NCBI GenBank assembly: GCA_037379985.1
Contig: JARRIY010000001.1
Location: forward strand, 1 to 63,929
Direction: 5' to 3'
DNA length: 63,929 nucleotides
DNA from: Maritimibacter sp.
GTDB lineage: Bacteria; Pseudomonadota; Alphaproteobacteria; Rhodobacterales; Rhodobacteraceae
The position numbers and the translations under genes were made by a program. The notes beneath the pieces are model-generated. The model ran no database searches. It had not been told where the DNA came from and was given only the letters and a program-made list of their open reading frames with translations. How positions within the stretch are numbered: the stretch's first letter is position 1; every line of letters starts with the position of its first letter. Of this stretch, positions 57,191 to 63,929 are shown one piece after another.

Positions 57191-57652
57191 ATGAGCAATT
57201 ATGAAACCCACCTTGCCGAGCTGGGCGTCACCCTGCCCGATGCCCCCGCTCCGGCGGCGAATTACGTGCCCTATGTGGTCGTGGGCGATACTGTTTATGT
57301 GTCGGGCCAGATCTCGGCCAGCAATGGCGAGATGATCAAGGGCAAACTGGGCGACGATATGTCGGTGGAAGAGGGCGCTGCGGCGGCGAAAGCCTGCGCG
57401 ATCTCGCTTCTTGCGCAGGTAAAAGCAGCCTGTGGCGGCGATCTTGACCAACTTGTGCGGGTGGTGAAGCTGACCGGCTTTGTCAATTCCACCGCGGATT
57501 TTGGCGATCAGCCCAAGGTGATCAACGGCGCGTCAGATTTCCTCGCCGAGGCGCTGGGCGATGCCGGACAGCATGCACGCTCGGCCGTGTCGGCGGCATC
57601 CCTGCCGTTCGGCGTCGCGGTGGAAATCGAAGGGATTTTCCGGATCAAATGA
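57191..57652 (+). CDS. RidA/YjgF-like family protein
   Basis: PAANYVP, VSGQ, INGASD, HARSAV and LPFGVAVEIE. Confidence 0.92.
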   Translation: MSNYETHLAELGVTLPDAPAPAANYVPYVVVGDTVYVSGQISASNGEMIKGKLGDDMSVEEGAAAAKACAISLLAQVKAACGGDLDQLVRVVKLTGFVNSTADFGDQPKVINGASDFLAEALGDAGQHARSAVSAASLPFGVAVEIEGIFRIK

Positions 57653-58416
57653 GCGCATTGCCTGAGGCGTTTCTGCGCCCGCCGATTGCCCACCGCGCCT
57701 ATCACGATGTGACCGATGGCCGCCCCGAGAACTCGCGCGCGGCGATGCGGGCGGCGATTGCGCGGGGCTATGGCATCGAGATTGACGTGCAGCTCAGCGC
57801 CGACGGGCAGGCGATGGTGTTTCACGACTATGTGCTCGACCGGTTGACCGGCAGGCCCGGCGCGGTGCGGCAGAAAACGGCGGCCGAGCTGGGGGCGATT
57901 ACGCTGACCGGCGGCGATGAGGGCATCCCGACGCTGGGTGAGGTGCTGGAGCTGGTGGCCGGACAGGTGCCGCTGCTGATCGAAATCAAGGATCAGGATG
58001 GCGCGATGGGGCCGGATATCGGCCCCTTGGAAGAGGCGCTGGCCGAGGGGCTGGAAGGTTATTCCGGCCCTGTGGCGGTGATGAGCTTCAACCCTCATGC
58101 GATTGCGAAGATGGCCGAACTGGTGCCGGATGTGCCCCGGGGCCTGACTACCAGTGCCTTTCTGCCCGAGCATTGGGGGCATCTGCCCGCATCGGTGCGA
58201 GAGCATCTTGCCCCGATCCCGGATTATGATCGGGTTGGGGCGAGCTTCATCAGCCATGACGCGCGCGATCTCAACTCTGCGCGCGTTGCCGAGCTGAAAG
58301 CGGCGGGCGTGCCCATACTGTGCTGGACCATCCGCTCGCCGGAAGAAGAAGCACAAGCGCGTGAAATCGCCGATAATATCACCATTGAAACCTCCGCGGC
58401 GGCGCTCCCGGCTTGA
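57649..58416 (+). CDS. Glycerophosphodiester phosphodiesterase family protein
   Basis: IAHRA, PENS, IEIDVQ, FHD and LIEIK. Confidence 0.92.
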   Translation: MSALPEAFLRPPIAHRAYHDVTDGRPENSRAAMRAAIARGYGIEIDVQLSADGQAMVFHDYVLDRLTGRPGAVRQKTAAELGAITLTGGDEGIPTLGEVLELVAGQVPLLIEIKDQDGAMGPDIGPLEEALAEGLEGYSGPVAVMSFNPHAIAKMAELVPDVPRGLTTSAFLPEHWGHLPASVREHLAPIPDYDRVGASFISHDARDLNSARVAELKAAGVPILCWTIRSPEEEAQAREIADNITIETSAAALPA

Positions 58417-58448
58417 CCTCTCGCCGGGGGGCCGCTCCAATGCGTGCT

Positions 58449-59618
58449 ATGAGTGACGCGCAAATTGAAATCCGGCTTTATGAAAGTCTGGACGAGATCG
58501 GCCAACCGGTCTGGGATGGCTGTGCCTGCCCGGAAGGCAGCGCCCGGCCGAATGACCCGTTTACGACCTACCGATTTCTGCACGGGCTGGAGGAAAGCGG
58601 CTCGGTTGGCCCTGGCACCGGCTGGGAGCCGCGCTACATCACGGCGGCGGAAGGTGGCGAGGTCTTTGCCGTCGCCCCGCTCTATCTGAAATTTCACAGC
58701 CAGGGCGAATATGTATTCGACCATAGCTGGGCCGATGCCTGGCAGCGGGCGGGTGGGCGCTATTACCCCAAGCTGCAAATCGCAGTCCCCTTTACGCCTG
58801 TCACCGGGCGGCGTTTTCTGACCAAGCTTGGCATGGAGGCCAAGGGCCGCGCCGCGCTGACACAGGGCGCGGTGCAGGTGGCAGCGGAGGCGGGGCTTTC
58901 CTCGCTGCATATCACCTTCTGCACCGGTGAAGAGGCGGAGGCGGGCGCGGAAATGGGGCTGATCCACCGAGTCGGTAGCCAGTTTCACTGGGAAAACGCC
59001 GGATATGCGGATTTCGATGCCTTCCTCGCTACGCTGTCGTCGCGCAAACGTAAGGCGATCCGGAAGGAACGCGCCGGCGCTCAGGGCTTTGGCGGCGAGA
59101 TCGTGCAGCTTACCGGCACCGACATCCGCCCCGAACACTGGGACGCGTTCTGGCATTTCTATCAGGATACCGGCAGCCGCAAATGGGGCTCGCCCTATCT
59201 GACCCGCAGTTTCTTCGACATCCTGCATCGCGATATGGCCGATGATGTGCTGCTGGTCTTTGCCCTGCGTGACGGTCAGCCGATTGCGGGGGCGCTGAAC
59301 ATGATCGGGGCCGATACGCTTTACGGCCGCTATTGGGGGCAGAGCGAGCATTACCCCTTCTTGCATTTTGAGCTATGCTATTATCAGGCGATTGATTTCG
59401 CGATTGAAAAAAGGCTCGCCCGGGTCGAAGCAGGGGCGCAGGGTGAGCACAAGCTGGCGCGGGGCTATCTGCCGGTTGCCACCCATTCGCTGCACTGGAT
59501 TGCCGATCAGGGCTTTCGCCGCGCGGTTGAGGAATATGTGCAGCAAGAGGCTGAGGCAGTGGACGAGGATATCGAAATTCTCACCTCGATGGGGCCTTTT
59601 CGGCGCGGGCCCGATTGA
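58449..59618 (+). CDS. FemAB-like GNAT N-acetyltransferase
   Basis: HSQGEYVFDH, YYPKL, PFTP, LYGRYWG, HFELCYYQ and GAQGEHK. Confidence 0.9.
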   Translation: MSDAQIEIRLYESLDEIGQPVWDGCACPEGSARPNDPFTTYRFLHGLEESGSVGPGTGWEPRYITAAEGGEVFAVAPLYLKFHSQGEYVFDHSWADAWQRAGGRYYPKLQIAVPFTPVTGRRFLTKLGMEAKGRAALTQGAVQVAAEAGLSSLHITFCTGEEAEAGAEMGLIHRVGSQFHWENAGYADFDAFLATLSSRKRKAIRKERAGAQGFGGEIVQLTGTDIRPEHWDAFWHFYQDTGSRKWGSPYLTRSFFDILHRDMADDVLLVFALRDGQPIAGALNMIGADTLYGRYWGQSEHYPFLHFELCYYQAIDFAIEKRLARVEAGAQGEHKLARGYLPVATHSLHWIADQGFRRAVEEYVQQEAEAVDEDIEILTSMGPFRRGPD

Positions 59619-59667
59619 CCTTAAGCCGGGCAGCTCCCACATTCATGAAGACGAATAGGAGAACAGC

Positions 59668-60054
59668 ATGTCATATACCCTCGACCGGATGTTTGCAGGC
59701 GCGACGCTTGATGAGATCGAACCGAAAGTGCGCGATGCACTGGCCGCCAATGGTTTTGGCGTGCTGACCGAGATCAACGTGCAGGCGACGATGAAAGCCA
59801 AGCTGGATGAAGATATGGACGCCTATAAGATCCTTGGCGCCTGCAATCCGAAAATGGCCTTTCAGGCGATCGGGCTGGAGCCGAAAGTGGGCGCCATGCT
59901 GCCCTGCAACGTGATCCTGCGCGGTGTCGATGGCGGGATTGAAGTGTCGGCGGTCGATCCAGTGGCCTCGATGTCCGGGATCGACAATGATGATCTGACG
60001 GCTGTGGCGGGCAAAGTGCGCGAGATGATGCAGGCCGTAATCGCCGCGATCTGA
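59668..60054 (+). CDS. DUF302 family protein
   Basis: GFGVLTEI, ILGACNP and MLPCNV. Confidence 0.9.
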   Translation: MSYTLDRMFAGATLDEIEPKVRDALAANGFGVLTEINVQATMKAKLDEDMDAYKILGACNPKMAFQAIGLEPKVGAMLPCNVILRGVDGGIEVSAVDPVASMSGIDNDDLTAVAGKVREMMQAVIAAI

Positions 60055-60077
60055 TACTTAGTAAGATTGCTAAGTTA

Positions 60078-60129
60078 GGGGTAGGGGGCCAGCCCCCGCA
60101 CCCCGGAGTATTTAGGCCAAGCTGAAAGC
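60078..60129. repeat. Rhodobacterales-type intergenic repeat (GC hairpin plus conserved tail)
   Basis: GGGGTAGGGGGCCAGCCCCCGCACCCC hairpin followed by GGAGTATTTAGGCCAAGCTGAAAGC, between convergent genes; one copy in window; family recalled, not verified. Confidence 0.55.
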
Positions 60130-60132
60130 CGA

Positions 60133-60618
60133 TCAGAGCGCTGCGACCATGGCTTCGCCGCCGGAGATTTCGCAGCCTGCGCCGGTTTCGGGATGCCAGA
60201 CCGTGACCGCGCCGTCTTCCACCGCCATCGCATAACGTTTGGAGCGGCCATAAAGCCCGGCGGCGGGCGCTTCCATTTCCATGCCAATCGCCTTGGCAAA
60301 GCTGCCATCGGCATCGGCGAGCATGGTGATCCCGGCCGCAGACGCGCCGGTGGCCTCGCCCCAGGCCTGCATGACGAAGGGATCGTTGCCGGAAACGCAG
60401 ATCACCTCGTCCACGCCCTTGGCTTTCAGATCATCGAACACCCGAATGAAGCTGGGCACATGCGCCGAATGGCAGGTGGGGGTGTAGGCGCCGGGCACGG
60501 CAAAGATCACCACTTTGCGCCCTTTGGTCAGCGATGCCAGCCCAACCGCTTCAACGCCGCTCGCGCCCAGCCGTGTCAGCGTGGCTTCGGGCAGCTTGCT
60601 CCCTGTCGATATTGTCAT
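60133..60618 (-). CDS. Peroxiredoxin (Prx5 type)
   Basis: AVPGAYTPTCHSAHVP, NDPFVM and RSKRYAM. Confidence 0.93.
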   Translation of the reverse strand: MTISTGSKLPEATLTRLGASGVEAVGLASLTKGRKVVIFAVPGAYTPTCHSAHVPSFIRVFDDLKAKGVDEVICVSGNDPFVMQAWGEATGASAAGITMLADADGSFAKAIGMEMEAPAAGLYGRSKRYAMAVEDGAVTVWHPETGAGCEISGGEAMVAAL

Positions 60619-60699
60619 TGAATTTACTCCTGTTCGCGTTGCCTTGATTCACTTCGACATTTAGTGTCTTCCAGCATGGACGCAAAGGGGGAGACCGGG

Positions 60700-61908
60700 A
60701 TGAGCCATCTGATCGTAATCGGCGCGGGGCAGGCGGCTGCCTCTCTGGTGGCGAAGGCACGCAGCCTTGGTTTTGAGGGCGATATTACCGTGATCGGTGA
60801 AGAAGTTGCCCCCCCGTATCAGCGCCCCCCGCTGTCAAAGGCTTACCTGCTTGGCGATATGGAGCTGGAACGGCTCTATCTGCGCGGCGCAAGCTTTTAC
60901 GAGGAGAACCGCATTTCGCTTAAGCTCGGCACGCGGGTCGAGGCGATTGACCGGACGGAAAAGACGTTGCGTCTCGAAATTGGCGAAAGCCTGAGCTACG
61001 ACATGCTGGCGCTGACCACCGGCTCGGTGCCCAACCGTCTGCCCAATGCCATCGGCGGCGATCTGGATGGCGTCTACACCATGCGCACCCTGGCCGATGC
61101 CGATACCATGGCGCCGGAATTTGCCGAAGGTCGGCGTGTGCTGATCGTCGGTGGCGGCTATATCGGGCTGGAAGCGGCGGCGGTGGCGGCCAAGAAGGGG
61201 CTGAAAGTCACCCTGGTTGAGGCGGCAGATCGCATCCTGCAACGGGTCGCCGCACCGGAGACATCCAGCTATTTCCGCGAGCTGCATAAAAGCCACGGGG
61301 TTGATCTGCGCGAGGGCTGCGGATTGAAAACGCTTATCGGCGACACCCGTGTGACCGGCGCTGAGCTCACCGATGGCACCAGCCTTGAGGTGGATTTTGT
61401 CATTGTTGGCGTCGGCATCCGCCCCGGTGCCGGGCTGGCCGAACGTGCCGGGCTGGTGATCGAAAACGGGATCGCGGTGGATGCACAAGGCCGCACATCC
61501 GATCCGGCGATCTGGGCGGCGGGCGATTGTGCCTCTTTTCCCTTTGATGGCCAAAGACTGCGGCTGGAAAGCGTCGGAAATGCCATTGATATGGGCGAGC
61601 TGGTGGCGGCGAATATCATGGGCGAAGGCAAGGCCTACACGCCGAAGCCGTGGTTCTGGTCGGACCAATATGATGTGAAGCTGCAAATCGCAGGCCTCAG
61701 CACCGGATATGACGAGATCATCACGCGGCGCGATGGGGAGGCGGTCAGCTTCTGGTATTATCAGGGTGATACGCTGCTGGCGCTCGACGCGATGAACGAT
61801 CCGCGCGCCTATATGGTTGGCAAACGGCTGATCGAGGCGGGCAAAAGCCCGGCCAAAGCCGCGGTGGGCGATCCCGGTGTGGCGCTGAAGGATCTGTTGA
61901 AAGCGTGA
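60700..61908 (+). CDS. NAD(P)/FAD-dependent ferredoxin reductase-type oxidoreductase
   Basis: IGAGQAA, PYQRPPLSK, GGGYIGLE and PWFWSDQY; ATG 60700. Confidence 0.92.
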   Translation: MSHLIVIGAGQAAASLVAKARSLGFEGDITVIGEEVAPPYQRPPLSKAYLLGDMELERLYLRGASFYEENRISLKLGTRVEAIDRTEKTLRLEIGESLSYDMLALTTGSVPNRLPNAIGGDLDGVYTMRTLADADTMAPEFAEGRRVLIVGGGYIGLEAAAVAAKKGLKVTLVEAADRILQRVAAPETSSYFRELHKSHGVDLREGCGLKTLIGDTRVTGAELTDGTSLEVDFVIVGVGIRPGAGLAERAGLVIENGIAVDAQGRTSDPAIWAAGDCASFPFDGQRLRLESVGNAIDMGELVAANIMGEGKAYTPKPWFWSDQYDVKLQIAGLSTGYDEIITRRDGEAVSFWYYQGDTLLALDAMNDPRAYMVGKRLIEAGKSPAKAAVGDPGVALKDLLKA

Positions 61909-62465
61909 GGATTATCGCAGGCAGTTGGCGCGGACGGGCGCTTGCCGCAGTCGGCAAGGGCGATAAGAGCGCGCATCTGCGTCCGACCACCGACCGTGTG
62001 CGCGAAAGCCTGTTTTCGATGCTGGCAGGAGGGCGCTTTGGCGATCCGATTGACGGTGCGCGGGTGCTCGATCTCTTTGCAGGCACCGGCGCGCTGGGGC
62101 TTGAGGCACTGTCGCGCGGAGCTGATGCGGCACTCTTTGTCGATGATGGCCGGGTGGCACAGCGCCTGATCCGCGAAAATATCGGCAAATGCGGTGCGGG
62201 CGATCAGGCGAAGCTGCTGCCGCGCGATGCGACAAAGCTTCCCACCAATCCCGACGCCCCCTATTCGCTGATCTTTCTCGATCCGCCTTATGGCAAGGCG
62301 CTGGGCGAAAAAGCCCTTGCCGCCGCGCTGGTCGGAGGCTGGATTGCGGATGAGGCGCTTATCGTCTGGGAGGATAGCGCGCCCATCACCCCGCCTGCGG
62401 GTGTGACCCTCATTGACGAACGCCGCTATGGCGACACGATGATCCGCATATTGGAGGCGACATGA
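61905..62465 (+). CDS. rsmD: 16S rRNA m2G966 methyltransferase
   Basis: MRIIAG, LRPTTDRVRESLF, DLFAGTGALGLEALSRGA and DPPY. Confidence 0.95.
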   Translation: MRIIAGSWRGRALAAVGKGDKSAHLRPTTDRVRESLFSMLAGGRFGDPIDGARVLDLFAGTGALGLEALSRGADAALFVDDGRVAQRLIRENIGKCGAGDQAKLLPRDATKLPTNPDAPYSLIFLDPPYGKALGEKALAAALVGGWIADEALIVWEDSAPITPPAGVTLIDERRYGDTMIRILEAT

Positions 62466-63109
62466 CACCCAAAGCGGTGCTTTTTGATTGCGACGGGGTG
62501 CTGGTCGATAGCGAGCGCCTGACCAATGCGATTGTTCGCGACGATCTGGCAGCGGCGGGGCTGGAGATGACGCTGGACGAGGTGATGAACGCCTTTGTTG
62601 GCGGCACCATGGTGGGCGTTGCAGATGAGGCGCGCCGCATGGGGGCCGATCTGCCCGATGACTGGGTGCCGCAATTCTACAAACGGCTCTATGCCCGGCT
62701 CGCTGAGGGCACGCCGCTGATCGCCGGGGTGGAGACGGTGCTCGACCGGCTCGATGCGGCAGGGATTGTCTATGGCGTTGGCTCCAACGGCTCGACCGAA
62801 AAGATGCAAACCACGCTGGGCCAGCACCCCACGGTCTGGAACCGGGTGAAGGATCAACTTTATTCTGGGCAGGAGTTGGGCTGCGCCAAACCCGATCCGG
62901 GGCTTTACCTGCATGTCGCCAAGGCGCTTGGCGTGCTCCCCGAAGCCTGCGTGGTGGTTGAAGACAGCGTGAACGGATGCCGCGCTGGGGTCGCCGCAGG
63001 CATTCGCACCCTTGGCTATGCCGCCCATGGCGAAGGTGCCACTCTGGCCGCGACCGGCGCCGAAGTGTTTACCGATATGGTAGATCTGCCGGGGCTGATT
63101 GGGCTGTAG
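62462..63109 (+). CDS. HAD-family phosphatase
   Basis: FDCDGVLVDSE, KPDP and VVEDS. Confidence 0.92.
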   Translation: MTPKAVLFDCDGVLVDSERLTNAIVRDDLAAAGLEMTLDEVMNAFVGGTMVGVADEARRMGADLPDDWVPQFYKRLYARLAEGTPLIAGVETVLDRLDAAGIVYGVGSNGSTEKMQTTLGQHPTVWNRVKDQLYSGQELGCAKPDPGLYLHVAKALGVLPEACVVVEDSVNGCRAGVAAGIRTLGYAAHGEGATLAATGAEVFTDMVDLPGLIGL

Positions 63110-63115
63110 CCCGGC

Positions 63116-63929
63116 TCAGCCCCAGGTTGGGTAGAACTTGCCTGCCGGGCTGAGGGTAAAGATCTCGGCCCCGGTGGCAGTGATGCCGATGGAATGCTCA
63201 AACTGTGCAGACAGCGACTTGTCGCGGGTGATCGCGGTCCAGTCATCGGCGAGCACCTTGGTGTCGGGGCGGCCTAGATTGATCATCGGTTCGATGGTGA
63301 AGAACATGCCTTCTTCCAGCACCGGGCCGGTGCCGGGACGGCCGTAATGCATCACATTCGGCGGCGCATGGAACACGCGGCCCAGCCCGTGCCCGCAGAA
63401 ATCGCGCACCACGCTCATCCGCTGCGGCTCGACAAAGCTCTGAATGGCATGGCCGATATCGCCAAAGGTGTATCCGGGCTTGGCTGCTTCGATTGCGCGC
63501 ATCAGCGATTCATGGGTGACGTCGATCAGCTTTTCCGCGAAGGGTTTGATTTTCCCAACTTTATACATGCGCGAGGTGTCGCCATACCAACCATCGACGA
63601 TCACCGTCACGTCGATATTCAGAATATCGCCGTCGATTAGCTCGTCATGCTGGCGCGTACCCTTTTCATTCTTGCCCTTCGGCACTTTCGAGCCGGGAAT
63701 GCCGTGGCAAATCACATGGTTCAGCGAGATGCAGGTGGCGTGCTTGTAGCCCTTGTAACCGATGGTGGCCGAGGTCGCGCCCGCCTCGTTGACCATGTCT
63801 TCAACCAGCTTGTCGAGCTCGGCAGTCGTTACTCCCGGCACCACATGCGGGATGATCCGGTCGAGGATCTCGGCAGCCAGCCTTCCAGCCACGCGCATCC
63901 CTTCGAAATCCGCGTCTTCATAGATGCGA
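63116..63929 (-). CDS. map: Type I methionine aminopeptidase (5' end beyond window)
   Basis: CHGIP, NIDVT, GDTSRM, GHGLG, TIEPMIN and AQFEH; frame open to the window edge. Confidence 0.96.
   Translation of the reverse strand, partial: RIYEDADFEGMRVAGRLAAEILDRIIPHVVPGVTTAELDKLVEDMVNEAGATSATIGYKGYKHATCISLNHVICHGIPGSKVPKGKNEKGTRQHDELIDGDILNIDVTVIVDGWYGDTSRMYKVGKIKPFAEKLIDVTHESLMRAIEAAKPGYTFGDIGHAIQSFVEPQRMSVVRDFCGHGLGRVFHAPPNVMHYGRPGTGPVLEEGMFFTIEPMINLGRPDTKVLADDWTAITRDKSLSAQFEHSIGITATGAEIFTLSPAGKFYPTWG

Noticed and set aside
1-63929. CRISPR arrays, tRNA/rRNA genes, transposases, integrases, prophage/GTA, retron or other defence systems
   Set aside because: None seen by eye; nearly all sequence is accounted for by housekeeping genes, and intergenic gaps are at most about 330 bp

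Overview
High-GC alphaproteobacterial chromosomal segment, most consistent with Rhodobacterales (judged from the porin type, phbAB, cytochrome c oxidase subunit IV, DUF3576-leuS-holA, TIGR02302/zinc-ribbon/ftsEX and the RbaV/RbaW-like partner-switching pair). It is almost entirely core genome, with about 75 CDS (ftsK, lolA, xth, soxR, ribA, leuS, holA, sua5, greA, ispE, ispB, phbA/B, argH, lysA, ftsEX, plsC, rsmD, map and others). I see no rRNA, tRNA, CRISPR, integrase, transposase, prophage or defence genes, and I cannot support a large novel multi-gene system here. Points worth checking: (1) three clean deletion-type scars in housekeeping genes (acyl-CoA dehydrogenase C-terminus, ETF-QO N-terminus, lysA start), accompanied by odd substitutions at conserved residues, which most likely mean a low-coverage assembly; (2) no lptE between leuS and holA; (3) two candidate sRNAs with C-rich anti-SD-like motifs (about 15817-15928 on - and about 1890-1990 on +); (4) three small ORFs missed by the track, including an uncharacterised 51-aa membrane peptide coupled to ftsEX-plsC; (5) REP-like repeats and palindromes whose arms carry the stop codons of convergent genes; (6) a basic loop insertion in MetAP. 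Family assignments come from motif recognition and memory only; no searches were run.
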